From positions 2,294,001 through 2,358,000 of the forward strand of contig JAQFVV010000010.1 of the NCBI GenBank assembly GCA_028023455.1: 64,000 bases of DNA, read 5' to 3'. Positions 1 to 14,200 of this stretch are shown here, piece by piece (the first letter of the stretch is position 1; each line of letters opens with the position of its first letter). The stretch is from Epiperipatus broadwayi (Eukaryota > Animalia > Onychophora). The notes beneath the pieces are model-generated. The model was not told the origin of the DNA and searched no databases. It was given only the letters and a program-made list of their open reading frames with translations. The position numbers and the translations under genes are program-made.

Positions 1-1099
1 TTATTAATGTAATTTACCAGAATTTATTATTTTTATTTCATTTACCTTATTATTTTTTTAAAATTTAATAATTAACACATTCGAAAAGAGAAATTGTAGG
101 CCCCCAAAACAGTACATTCATCAAAAATATGGGCATGATCTTGCTTGCTCATAAAACAGAAAAGTACCCAAAATTTTATTCACTGTCACTTTCTAACAAT
201 AAATACATACGTTTACATGATTGGAATACCATTGCTATCACTAAAACTTGTAATATATAACTTACCCTTTATTGATTTTTGGCAAAATAAATTAAATTTA
301 GACAAAATTAAATTTTTTTAACATCAACACTAACAAAAAAAAAAAATTGTTTTTTTTAAAAAGTCAAACTGCAAACAAAGCATCAATACCGAAAAGATAC
401 TTCTCTTTCATAATAAAATATCAAAAACATTAAAATTTATCCATTTGCCGGAATATTGCTGAAAAGAAATTTTTGTTTTTAAAATGGAAAATACAAGATA
501 TGAAAGTTTTTTAAAAAAAAATTAGAAGATAATAACAATTTTTTTTTGGTTTTGTGATGTAATCATGACAAACTTAACTCAGAAACAAATCTGTAAATAA
601 ACACTGAATTAAAAACATTTACAATCTTTTAAAAAGAAATATAAATTATTTTATCTTACATGAAATTATTTAGAATTAAAAAAAAAGTTCAATAACAACT
701 TAAGACAATCTAAGGATTACTTTGAGAATGTAAGATGATTTTTTTTTTAAAGCCTTCCAGACAATAACATTCAATTTTTCATTCCAATCATGAATACAGC
801 ACAGTAGCTCTAATCCCAAAGTATTGACTTTTTTTTTTTTTTTACCAATAGTGTAATTTAAAACATCTCGTGTAAAAATAGAAAAAAAATTTCTAATGAG
901 ATATTTCAAAATTGTGTAAAAAGAGAATTAGGTGTAAAACAAACCTTGTAATTAATGGCAACAATAATAACTAGCAGATTTATTTTATTAAAAATACTTA
1001 TTATAAAAAAAGAAATCAGTAAATTATAAAAATCTGTCAAGTGAATCAGTTAAGCAAAATTAATTTTTTGTTTTCCAGGTATATTTTTTAATCATGTAG

Positions 1100-2740
1100 T
1101 TTTAATTTTATACAGAAATGTTACAAGCATTACTAAGAAAGCATCGCAGATACTTCAGCGATTCAGAAAAAAGTAAACTAACATATTTCTGCAAAATTCC
1201 TCATCTTTATGACCTATCTAAAATCAATAAAGATCATGTTCCATTAAGACCTATTGTTAGTTCTAGAAATTCACCTTGCCAAAAGTTGTCAAGATTTCTT
1301 CTCAAAGATCTTAATCCTTTGGCATACAAGATGCAATCCTTTCTCCGGGTTTCTAGACATTTTGTAGAATCAATCAAGAATGTGAAAATTAAAAGAACTG
1401 ACATGCTAGCAAGCTTTGATGTGCAGTTTATTGACAAATATACTATATGAAGGAATCTATTGTAAGAAAAAGATTAAATGATGACAATAGCTTACAAACT
1501 AGACCAATTCTTCCTATTCATAGTATAATGGAACTATTAACATTCCCCATAACCTATTTTCAATACAACACAGAATTCTTCACCATTGTCACCTCTAATT
1601 AGCAATATTTACATGGAAGAACTTGAAACAACAGCCACAAATACTAGTTCATATCTAAAGTTTGACTTCAATATACTGATACATTTGTTGTATGACCACA
1701 TGGTTCAGCACTACTACAAACTTTCTGGAAGTATATCCCCTTCAATTAAATTTATAATAGTCAGAACAAAAACAAAAATTGGCATTTCTTAAATGTTCTT
1801 GTGACAAGATTCCCTCATGGCAAAATCAAAGCACATTTTACAGAAAACCCACACATACAGGAAAATATGTAGCATATACATCCAATTATACCAAACATGG
1901 GAATATATACTATCACTATGGAACAGAGCATAACAAGTTTGTTCAGAAACCAGCAATTTAGAAAAAGAAAAGATCTACGTAGAACTCTTATGAAGAAATG
2001 GCTATCTGTCAGCTGTTAAGAAAACCTTAAACAGACAACAAAAAGAACCATCAAAAGAAAAAAAAAACAATTATTGATACTGTAGTGTATCCATAAATAC
2101 CAAAAATAGCAGAGAAATTAAGAAAAATTTGTCATCAGTATAATATCAAAGCAGCTTTCCAGAGCCATACCACACTACGAGGAATTTTATCATTGACAAA
2201 GCCTAAATTTGAAACACTGAAAAGCAAAAACTGCATATGTGAAATACCATGTGAATGTGAAAGAATGTATATTGGTGAGACCAGTCGCCCCATTGAAAAG
2301 CAATTGCAAGAGCACAAACTGATGAGATGAGAAAAAACTGATGTGTTTAAAGTATCAGACTATATATGTACCAATGAACATATGTTCAATTGGGAAAATA
2401 CAAAAATATTGAATAGAGGAAAAGGTACAAAGAAAAAAATTCAAAGCTGCTCACGACAATGGATAATAAGCCCATAAGCCAACCTAGTGTGATTATGCAT
2501 AATGCATGGAGATCACTAATCAACTTTGCTCTTAGGGGGAAATCAGGAGGAATCTCATAGATAAGTATATGAAATTTCTATTGATTGTTGCCTTTGGCAG
2601 GATGGTTCAGTTGGAGTGTTACCTTAAAATTCAATATTCAAGAATCTAAGAGTTCAGATTTGATTCCCAAGCTAGTACTGTCACTGAACAGGCCAGCAAT
2701 ACCTGAAGAAGAGAGAATACCTTTCTAAATGTTGTGCATA
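1100..2740 (+). mobile_element. Decayed Penelope-like retroelement (RT plus GIY-YIG endonuclease)
   Basis: Frameshifted pieces: KIPHLYDLSKINKDHVPLRPIVSS...LASFDV, SPLISNIYMEELE, FYRKPTHTGKY, and CEIPCECERMYIGETSRPIEKQLQEHK (about 2230-2320). Confidence 0.88.
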
Positions 2741-4251
2741 TACTAACCTTGGTGCAATTAATAACAATTGAATGTAATTGGAAATTTAAATAAAGTTTAA
2801 TTTTTCTTAAGACATTCAATACATAATACTAGATGATGGAAATAGTCCAATATATAAATACAGTATTAATTTTCCATTTTGATAATTCATTTAAAATAGA
2901 AAATAAAATCTCTGCTAAACACTAAAAAATAGTCCCTATATTAAAAAATGCTATTTTTTATATTATATGTTAATAAATTTCCTATTACTTTCATTATAAG
3001 TTCATGAATTTAAAAAATACAGAATAGATTAAAAAAAAAGTATTATGAATATATTTTATATGTAAGTCGAATGTTAACTGTTAATTTTTTTTAAAAAACA
3101 TATTACTTTGTGTTATGGCCATTATTAAATTTTTTAATAGTTTTTAGAGCATGCTAGCATTTCACGATAATCAGAAAATTGGGAACCTTGATACTGTTAT
3201 TAAGTGAAATTCACCATTAAGTTAATTATGCTTATTTTCCATTCATTAACACATCACTGATAAACCACGAGTTATTTTAGCATTATTTTATTTCATTAAG
3301 TTATATTTCATTAATTATTTTAGGTTTCAAAGGCAACTTTATTCAGTAAACAATGATTCCATATGCATACAATTATTATCTAGTTGCTAACAAAATTATC
3401 TATGGTGGATAGATTACATGAGAGGAAAAAAAGTTCATTAGGTAAAGAGGCAGGCAATACGGTTATGGGCTCCAGGCAAATGTTAGTTATCTGTTGTCAA
3501 AGAAATATATATATATAATGGGAAGTTCATTGATGGAAGGCAGAAACACTAATATCAGCAGGTCATTCATTTTATTAACATAATTAATTAAACATTTACA
3601 AACAAAACTAAAAAAATTAAATTAAACAATAACATTACGGTAAAACATCTATTGGCAAAATGTTTTCTACTTTTTGTATAATCAGATTTAGGTGAAACCT
3701 GTATTAATCTTTATATAATGTATTAATCATGTCTTTTTTAAATAATCATATTTAAACTCTTTTATAAAGCATGTATTTTTTTTCTAAAGTGCATTATTTA
3801 ATTTAAAATAAGGAATACCCTATAATTAGAACCAAGAGAAACTTTTATACATACTAGCCAATTATTTGATACTTTTCCTTTATCACTAAACTGGCAGTAA
3901 ATGATTATCTTTCAAATGCAATAACCAGGTGAATTTTGCATGTCCCTTGATAAAATAAATTTCAAATTCAAAATGGCTGACATTAATTTGTATTGACATA
4001 ATGTGGTAGTTTTCATCCCCTCCCCTGAAATACACATAATTACCATCAGAAGCATTTACTTGCTTGTCTCATATCTAATAACTGTATCTGTAATCAGCAA
4101 TTTTATAATTACTAAAACTATCTTTTTTGTAATGTTAGGCTAAGATTAATATATGACTTAAAAATAAATCATATTATGTCATCCTGCTTTTTCATTTAAA
4201 TATAAGAAAATAAAATTAGTTTGTTGGTTCAGTACAAAATACATTATATTA

Positions 4252-4813
4252 TTTTCACATGTATATGGTCATGTGCATTGGTTGTACAAGATGAAGTGGA
4301 TAGCTAGCTATAAGGAGCTTGAAAGTTCTGAGTTCAAATCCCTTCTAATTACATTAAGTTCGGTATAGACAATATATTTTTATTTAAATATTACATATTC
4401 AGCCTGTATTCTGACCATCCCTTTTCTGTGTATTTAAATGGACATATATGTGAGGGGTCAGAATGACTTAATGTCAATTTGGGTATGACAATATTGGCAT
4501 CAACAAGGGCTTTGAGCGTTCCATCATCAGATGTTCAACGATATGAATGGCTGAAGAGTTGGAGGGTGGAAAAGATTAAGCCTGACTACTAAAGTTTAAA
4601 GATTTGCTATCTTAATAAAAACTGAGCACTGATTATACATAAGTGTAGGAGATGATGATCTAAATCAACTGTACGAGTGCTGGTTCAACACGAAATACGT
4701 ATGTTGGAGATCATTTATCTTTTTCACATGTGGTCATGTGTATCAGTTGTATAAGATGTAGTGGATAGCTGTAGGGAACTTGAAAGTCTGAGTTCAAATC
4801 CCTTCTAACTACA
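4252..4813 (+). repeat. Two about 95-100 bp direct copies of a tRNA-derived SINE-like head (4252-4353, 4721-4813)
   Basis: Shared text ttttcacatg..tggtcatgtg..agatg.agtggatagct..gaaag.ctgagttcaaatcccttctaa.taca with a B-box-like GAGTTCAAATCC. Confidence 0.55.
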
Positions 4814-6739
4814 AGTAAAACTAAGTAAAGATGTTTTAACAACAATAACAGTAGCAAACTCCATAAATGGTGGTCATATGGTGTTTTTATAAAGACGTTT
4901 TAACTAGTAACATATTGTTTCTTTATTAAAAGATATTTTTAAGCTGAATTACCTATATATATTATAAATAGTATAAAAATAAGCTTTTATAATGCAATAT
5001 TTATTATGTTGTAAAATAAGCATGATGGAAAATATTTGAATTTTTAAAATGTTTTTAATCACTCACTTTTATTCTTTGCAAATAACCAGACATCAAAAAA
5101 AATACAAACAATTTTACAATGCATTTATACAGAATCAATCTCATCCACAATACTTGTTAAATAAGTTAACACAAAAAATATTATGCATACAATAAACAAT
5201 ACAAAATAAGCTTATAAATTTGAGAACAGCAAAGTATTGGTGCACAAAATTTAAAAGCAATACTAGCAGTTTTATAAGGGAATTTTTTTAAAAAAAATGT
5301 ATTTAATGCAACAATATTAATAATCAATCATATGATGAGTGATTATATGCTGTTCAAGTATCTACATTGCTGATTGAGCATGGTAGTTCCAGTCAATTGA
5401 TTGGGATTTTTTCATATTAGTCACTAAAAAGTCAATCCTATTTAAAATCCATCATTGCACTGAACAATGCAAAACACCATTTATGTTTCTATCTTTTGAT
5501 TTTTCAATTGTAGTATTTTTACTAAAATACTTGGTAAGTGAAATAAACATCTATATGGTTAGAAGAAAAATATACCATAAATCCTATCATTTTTCAATTT
5601 TCTTTATTCTTATATTTATTTTGTTACTAATAATCAATATGTCTGATTATGAAATCTTACTATTATTGCAATTTTATAGTAAAATTCAATTTTTTTAAAT
5701 AGTGCTTATTTTCTCTTTGTTTTTCGAGTATTATGCAATTGCTGTAATCAGCTTTGAACATAAAATTCATTATTTACTGCCAAAGTTAGAATGCTGCACA
5801 TTTCATAAATATCTTTTTTGCATTTATGCAATGCTTTTATTAAGAACATATCATTTGTCATCTACTAATTTAAATTAAAACCATAAAACTTCATGATTTA
5901 TGCTGTAATATCAAAGAAAGGAGGTAATCATGTGATAAAAATTTGGATTGTGTTGTGCTTTATGAGTGAGAATGTAGAACATTTATTTTTGATTAGATGT
6001 TAAAAGAAAAACAGAATAGATTATATAGGGATTGGAAAAAACTTAAAATTAAAAATAAATAATTATTTGTTTAGGTCATGATAGGATATATCATTTAAAA
6101 TAATTTTTTAAAAAATTACTCTTCACATTTAAACAAATAAATATTTATTAAACATACAACTGGAATTTTTTTTTAATTAATGAAAATTTATATATATAAA
6201 AAAATGATTATATAAAAAAGAAAAAACAATGCCATTGTTTTCAAATATATACACATAAACACACAAGTATTTATACATTAATGTAAATAAATTGTCCCTT
6301 AAAACATTACAGAACAAAGATCTATATAACAGTCCATCCTTAGAAAAATAATAAAAAAGAAAGCATTACTAACTATCAATTAGAGATAGCCCATCCTTGT
6401 TTTTGCTTTAACTTTCTAGCAAAGAGTAACTATATATACATTTACAAATCAATGTTTATAGCTAGCTAGTTTAGCATTGGCCAACTACCTAGAAGAATTT
6501 TATACCTGCTTGGAATTAAAAAAAATTATTTATCAGATCTGGATTAGAATCACAGATCACGGATATAGTGAAGGGATCAACTAACACAATATCATGAGGT
6601 CCCATATATACTTATATTTTACCAAAATATAACACTAGTGAGTAATTACATGCTGACACTAAAAAGATTAGCATTGAGAAGAATATATGATAAGATGATT
6701 CCATATCTTCAAAACCTTTTACAGAAAGTATTTTATAGA

Positions 6740-7470
6740 ATATGGGAAACTAAGGGAGTAAAAATAATGAAAATTATTTAACTCGTCTAGATTTTGAAGA
6801 TGATGCAGTTGTTTCTGCAAATAATGCTTCAGAGTTACAAAAAATGTGGCAAGAGTTATCAGATAAGGATAAAAAAATCGAATTAAATATAAATGCTAAA
6901 AAGACTAAAGTAATGTTCAATAAATTTTCAGAAAAATAAAATAAAAATAGGTAATCATGAATTTGATAAAGTTAATAACTACAAATACCTTGGTCAAATT
7001 ATTGAAAACAGATGAAAACATAATAAATGAAATTAATCATAAAATTAAACTAGAATGGGATGCTTTTTTTTTTTTAGAAATAATTTCATTTTAAAAATAT
7101 TTGAAAAAAAAAAAATTTTTTTTAATAAATGTGTTTTGACTTGGACACTTAACAGAAGAGCAATACAAAAACTAGAGATCACTTAATTAAGTATGAAGAG
7201 ATACATGTTAGGAATAATAAGAGATTGATCACAAAATACATAGTTGAGAGAAAAACAGATATCACTAATATCGTTGCAATAGAGCTGAGCTGAACATATT
7301 GTTAGAAGAGATGATAGTAGATGGACAGTTGAAGTTTTCAAATGACTCTTAAGAAATTGTAAAAAACCTACAATAAGAACACATATGAGATGGATAGCTG
7401 AAATAAGAAAGTTTGCTGATGTGTTATAGAAAAGAGAGACTAGGAATTGGAGGAAGTGAATAAAGCTTGG
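6740..7470 (+). mobile_element. RTE-like non-LTR retrotransposon 3' fragment (decayed RT)
   Basis: RLDFEDDAVVSANNASELQKMWQELSDKDKKIELNINAKKTKVMFN (FADD-like core), then EFDKVNNYKYLGQII and EINHKIKLEWDAF. Confidence 0.75.
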
Positions 7471-8000
7471 AGAGACATCCTACATTAAATTGATAATAAT
7501 TAAAAATGATGGTGATGATAATATACTTTAAAATTAAGTCATTGTAACAATGTAAATATAACTAAATAACACTGCAAATTATTATATACATATAAGCCAA
7601 ATAAATGATTATATTTGCATATCAAATGAAATATTTCTTAAGAAAAATGTGAATGTATTTTATAAAAATATATCAAAATGTGCTCCAACTAATATAAAAC
7701 TGTGATATATAATAATGTTTTAGCAAAATATATTTCATAAATACATATTAATGATAAAATTTATTCATATAGAAGTATTGCTATATACAAGTATTATGTA
7801 CAGTCGTATGTACAAAAGTATGTATAAATATAATGTGATATAAATCCAGATATTTTAATGACTTCATATTTTCAAAGTTAAACTATATAGTATTTGTAAA
7901 ATGATTTGCAAAATGGATTACAGTTTTTTAAACAATGAATTAAAAAATCACAAAATCATTTTTAATTTAATCATTATTAAAAAAAAAACATTTACTTTTC

Positions 8001-8006
8001 TTTATT
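8001..8006 (-). terminator. Candidate polyadenylation signal AATAAA of SNW1
   Basis: tttatt on the plus strand about 65 nt past the stop codon; the hexamer is common in AT-rich DNA. Confidence 0.4.
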
Positions 8007-8071
8007 TTTAATTATAATAAAAAAAAAGACATTTAAAGTCTGAATATATATATTACAGAATAAAAATTTGT

Positions 8072-8279
8072 TTAGTCTTTGCGTCTTTGCTTGCTCCTCT
8101 CTCTATCATAATCACGTGACCTTCCTTCTTCTACTGGTCGCTTACTAGCTTTCTTAGCTTCAGTTAAAAATTTATCAAGACCAAAAGGATCTTCTTCTTC
8201 AGGTCGCTCAAACTGAACAGGACCATCCCTTCTCGATGAAGCTCGATCAGCTCCCTCAAAACCTTTACCAGAGATAAAC
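8072..8279 (-). CDS. SNW1: SNW1 last coding exon (FISGKGFEGADRASSRRDGPVQFERPEEEDPFGLDKFLTEAKK...RSKQRRKD*), 208 nt including TAA
   Basis: Acceptor tcttttaAG; conserved GPVQFE..EDPFGLDKFL; stop codon at 8074-8072. Confidence 0.95.
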
Positions 8280-11200
8280 CTTAAAAGATTTCAAAAATGA
8301 TTAAATCAATCTCTGGAAGAAAAACTGGTATTAAAAATATATGTGCATATATTTATATAAACCATATTAATTAAATATAAATATTATATACATAGATACA
8401 TTTATTATCTAATGAATAACTGGATCTAGTTATAAAAGAGTTCTAAACTTATTCCTGAACCAATTGTTATAGTAAATCTTAAATACTTTCCTTTATTTTT
8501 CAGTAAATAATTTGTTAGAGCTTATTTTAATCTATAAAAATCCATAGAATTAGATATATAAAACAAAAAAAAGTGAACATTTCACATTCTCAGTTATAAG
8601 GAAATAAAATATAAATATATATAAAAAATGTATTAAAAATAAAAATATATATTTTTTTTAAACCTCAATTTTGATTGTTGCATGTAATTTGAAATAAAAG
8701 TGTGGGGCATTCATAAATTAATTTGTTCAATCATTAGTTTTAAAAATAGTTAATGAGTTAATTAATCTGTGGACACCACATACGTTTATTTCAAACTACA
8801 TATAACAATCAAAATTGTAGACAAAGCAAAAAATTTTTTTTTTCATTTTTAGTGCATTATTCATCAAATTAAATCAAAATGTTCAGCTATGAAATATTTC
8901 TTATTTTTTGGTATACAGATATTTTGCAACATACTTTTTATAACTATCCATATTAAAATTTAAAAACTGAGAATCTAAACAATGTCACTATATTTCCAGC
9001 ACTTGAAATTAATTAAAAATCATTTACAAAGTTTTTGTGTTCATGAAGATAGTGTTTTTAAAAAAAGAAAGTTTTAATTAAATAATCAAAAGAAATTAAG
9101 ATTTTATCCTTCATTTCTTTTTCTTTCTACTTTAATTAACTGTAAATGCTTTTTAGTGAATTAGTCATGAAATTCAATGAAAGCGTATTTTTTAAAAAAT
9201 ATATTTCTATCTATTGCATATCATTGTAAACTTACTGAACCAATATCAACACGATTTGAAATTCAGCATGTTCAAAATTGTTATAAGGTGGACAACTCAG
9301 AAATATTATATATTAACAATACCTAACATATATATAAAATTCATTTGATAGGAGATTAAAATTCAGTTACAAGATTTGATGTGAACATACAAACAGAATT
9401 CTAAGTTAAAGTGTTTAATAATACTTTTTTAGAAAATAGAATTTCAATTTTGAAATGTTACTAGCAATTTTTTCCTAAATTAAATTTCTACAAAATTATA
9501 TTTAGAATGAAATTAAATCAATACTTTTGATTATATTACCATATTCAAGCATGTTTCAATGGGCTCTGTAGAATTTTTTAATGTATTAAAAAAAAATTGA
9601 AGTAACTTACAAATGTCATGTCCTTTACATCACGATTTTTAAAATTTTATTTATTAAAAAAATAGTAATTTTTTTTTTACTAATTTCTTAATATACAGAC
9701 TAATATGTATATGCTATATATATATGTTTTTAATATTTGTGATAATATAATTTTTTTTTATTATTATTAAAGTTAATCCAAGAAATTATTTGAAAAAAAT
9801 GAAAAACAGAGAAATGAGATAATTAAATAGAGTAAAGGATTAATTTGTTTTGATAAACTGACTTCCATAAAATGATTAAAAAGGATTATTTTGCTTTTAT
9901 AAAGTGATTTGTTAATTATTTCAGAAAAACGATAAATCTGCATATAATATAATTAGGACTGTTTAAAAAAAATTAACAATAAAGCTAGAAAGAAAACAAA
10001 GCAGAGCTGCTCCTAAGATTGCCGAAAATAATCAAAGAAAACTATTGGAAGCTAAAAAGACAAATACAAAGACAATAAGGACTACTGATAAGTTGCAGAA
10101 CCCTACTCTAATCAGTAATATCGAGCTTTTAAATAGCCATGAAACTAGACCTATTTTCTCAAGATGCAGTAAAGATAAAATACCTATACCTAAGAATCAA
10201 CAGATAAACAGAAACATTGTCATAATCTTCCATTCCAATCAACAAAAATAGAATAGGCTAATTGGTTAAAGTATCATTTTAAGTTCAGTACTTTTGAGTT
10301 TAAAAATCATTGATTCAGTTTCCACACTAGTAATGTCACTGATCAGCCAGCAACATTTGAAGAACAGAGTAAAATAATACCACACAAAATATTGTCCTAT
10401 ATATTAATATATGTGGTATTACTAACAATTAAATGTTTTTAGAAAAGTATAAATAAAATTCTGAATTTATCTAAAAACAATTAACAATTAAACTAGATAA
10501 TGGAAATAATTCCATATACAATTACAAATAAAATATTGTCATCACAAACTGTTAGAAAAAACATTTATTGCACTGGAGACCATATTTTAAAAAAAAAAAA
10601 ATGTTGAATTAAACTAATAAAAATAATAATAATGATAAACATTTTTTCAATAATCACAAATTTTAACTTTTTGCATGTACAAGACTTTACTATAAGGAAA
10701 CTTTATTTCAAGATGTTTCACTAATAAAATATATCTCTACATTATTTTAAAAAGCATTATCTCATATTCTAGGAGTCATTATCTATTATAACTGTGCAGC
10801 TCAATGCTGAATATAACTTTCATAGTATTTAAATATTTATAGTAAATTATTTCTCTATTTCTGATCAATGAATACTCAAGTAAAATGTAGGTTTTTATGA
10901 CTAATATCTAATTAAGTGAATTTCTTCAGTTAAGTAACATTGCTTACAGAAGGCCAATCTGTTTTAATAGCCAGAAAATATTATTTGATAGTTATTAAAT
11001 GCTTACTTTCAAAATCTATATCTAAAGCGGAAAAGATAGAAAGATCATCAATATTTAGAATATAGATTAAATGAAATCTAAATGAGATAACCGATGTTTG
11101 ATTTTGACATATTATATAAATATATTTGTGTTTCTAAAATATAAAAAGCAATATTAACAGACCCTGTTTTGATATGCATTAATTTCATTTTCATACACAT

Positions 11201-14200
11201 GTCAATAAATTTAGTAAAATAAACTAAAATTAACAAATTTTAAATGAATGTAACAAAAAGATTAATAATAATAAATTTAATTAATTTTTTTTATATCTAA
11301 TAACTAACCTGTTTGATTTCATCAATTTATCCAAATCACCACCGTAAATATCATCATCAAGATTTTTCGATGGACGATAGATAGTTTGCACAGCATTCTG
11401 CCTACTGTTCCATGGTTTATCATAGACATTATAAGCTTCATCATCTCCAAAGCCACTATCCATCCCCTATTAAAATAAAGATGTTATTTTAATGTTTAAT
11501 ATGATTTTTTTTTTTTAATTCTGAATATTAATTTTTTTAAAAAAACTGTAAGTCTTACTTTGGTTTGATTAAAAAGTCTTTGATCAAATTGAGTATCCCC
11601 TGTAGGATTAGTATTACTTGGAAGACCTAAAGCAATTTTTTCACTGATGTCACGATCTCTCTGTCTATCTAACTTGGTTCTAAAAGTACATAATATATAC
11701 ATATAAGCCATATTTATAACTTAACTTCATCAGATCAATATGTATACAATATTATGTATATATAAATAAATGCAAACTGCAACTAACAAGATAAATAATT
11801 ACATCACAGTAACATTTTAAATTTTATAGCATTTAAAAAGTATCAAATAAGTTTTGTAAACTTATTGGCTTACCCTTATATATTACATTATAATAATTTT
11901 ATTTATTGATTATAATACACCGATCACAAGATCAGAACAACTTAAAAAGTTTATTTATTAATACTTATTTTACTTATGTTTAAAATATTCTTATTTTATA
12001 AATTTTGTCAAATTTAATCAGTTGTTAATTACAATTTGAATATATAGTGCAAAGAAATAAATGAATGTCTGCATAATACATCTTTGCAAACATCATAAAC
12101 CTTCTGTTCAATATAAACAAAATTTGGAATGAATAGATTATGTGACCTTATATAATTCTTTAAATCTATACTCATAAATCTGAATGTTTTACAGAATTAA
12201 TAATTTCAAAAGATAATAAATGTATGGACTTAAATGGTGTTATAATTTGAAGAATCAAAAAATCCATCTGTTAATACATTTTAATAATATTTTGTTAAAC
12301 TTTTTATTTATCATAGCTGATTGCAAATCTTAACTTTTATTACTTTATAGATTGTTTGGCTTTTAAATTTTTCATACAATGATTAATTTTGTGTGCAATG
12401 CATAAAAGCTGTTTTTTTTTCTTTCAATAAACTAGAAAAACTAAAAAAAAAAAAAAAAAGAATATTTTACCATGGTATAGGCAATTGCATAAAAATAACT
12501 GTTAATGTTTAAGTTAAAATCTTGTTTATGAAAACATATATTTATAAAAATTTCCTGTTTTTATAATCAAATGACCCATTAGAAATATATTAGGGCCTTT
12601 TTAAATGATGATTAGATATATTTCTTATGAAATAAAAACTACAAATAACTTCATGTTTTAAACATTCTGAAATGAAATCAAAAGTTTTACATTACAGAAT
12701 AATGTCATTTTCTAAAATCTAATATTGTGGCAGAGTGTGCTTGATTGTTTGCCAAGCAAAATGACTAAGCTTTGTCATGCATAACTAAAAAAAATCTAAA
12801 CTGTTGAATTTTCTTTAATGTTTTCTTTTACATGAACATAGTAAGCAGTATGTCTTAGAAAATATCTATAAATTCATCAGTATTTAAAACTGTTTCAATA
12901 CTACATATGTCAACAGATATCGATTGTTTATAAAGTCTCAATGATTTCTTCTTCCATTTTGTGACTTGATAGCTGCTTTTTAAGTGATTAATCCCAGGGC
13001 AGCCTTACATAGTTTAGTGCAGTAGTAGAAAGTCAGACTCTGGAGCATAATAAGTTTTGGGGTCAATTCCAGTTCTGGTATTTCTGATGCTTAAATTTCT
13101 TATGAACACTTAAGAAATAAAGCCATTAGATTATTTATTTAATCCCTGAGAAAATGATATATTCATTTAGCATTCTTCAACTGTAGAGAATGCATTATTT
13201 TTGCTAAACATTCTTTTTATAATTAATCAATTTCGATCCATCAGTTTTACTGCTAGTTGAGACACATATATCAACAACTTTTGAAAATAATTTCTTTTGA
13301 GAAGAAATACTCTTAAATAGTTTGAAATTTTTTTTAAGATTATCCAAAATTATTCTCTTCTGTGATTAGACCACTATTTGTTTTCTATTTTTAAAAATAC
13401 AAAACCTTCTTCCCAGACATAATATTTATTCTATGACAATTATTTTTTTAATCAATTTATTCACCAATATTTGGGAACTTATATGCCAAATATATTTTTT
13501 AATAAGTTTAATTTTTTTAGCCCTTCTATTGTTTATTCAAAACTCCTATAAAGTTCTAATAAAATTTAAAACTTTTCACTTTAAGATTAGAGAATTTGCT
13601 CAAACTTTTATTTTCATCAAAAATTATTTCTATATTTGCTTTAATTTCTTATTCAGTATTATCACTTAATGTTTCATTAAGTAATTTTTTTGCAAGAGAA
13701 TTTCACACTTTTTTACTTTTATTTATTTCTTCACAAATAGTAATTCATCATCAGTATAATAAGAAATTTAAATAGTATATGCTTAAATTTTGATAAAGCA
13801 GTTCTGCATTTACTACAAGAGAACATATTTCACTTGTGAAGACTTCTCAGATAATTAATAGCCACAGATTTTCAGTCAAGTTTTATTTAACAGCTATGTC
13901 ACACATTTATTGCAACAGTGTAAGATTTTTTTTTGTTTTTATATAGCTCTTTATAAAAAGGATTGAAACAACATATATATAGAAATCCAATTTTTCCATT
14001 CGTTCTGCCATACAAGTTTGTAACTTTTTTATATTTATTTTAAAATAAAGAGGACAGAATAAAATCTTCAATCACTATTTCTAATAGTGTTTTAGTGAAA
14101 TAATTCAATAAACACAGTGAATTACTCTTGCATCTCCCTTTATTTGGACTATATTACTGAGGTGATAGATAGTATATCAGCAGTCCACAAAATTATCTAG

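Noticed and set aside
4505-4532. Possible minus-strand hammerhead (CTGATGA TGGAACGCTC AAAG)
   Set aside because: No GAAA box and no convincing stems.
5333-5374. C/D-box snoRNA (ATGATGA...CTGA); similar pair at about 49934-49990
   Set aside because: Too short, no terminal stem or recognisable guide; the second lies within a Penelope-like RT relic.
10045-10251. 68-aa ORF as a gene
   Set aside because: No splice partner or homology cue; at best a decayed LINE 3' fragment (LERKQSRAA..I).
12995-13080. tRNA gene (A-box-like and B-box-like motifs)
   Set aside because: Cannot be folded into a cloverleaf; more likely a decayed SINE head, as at about 6540-6570 and 38440-38470.
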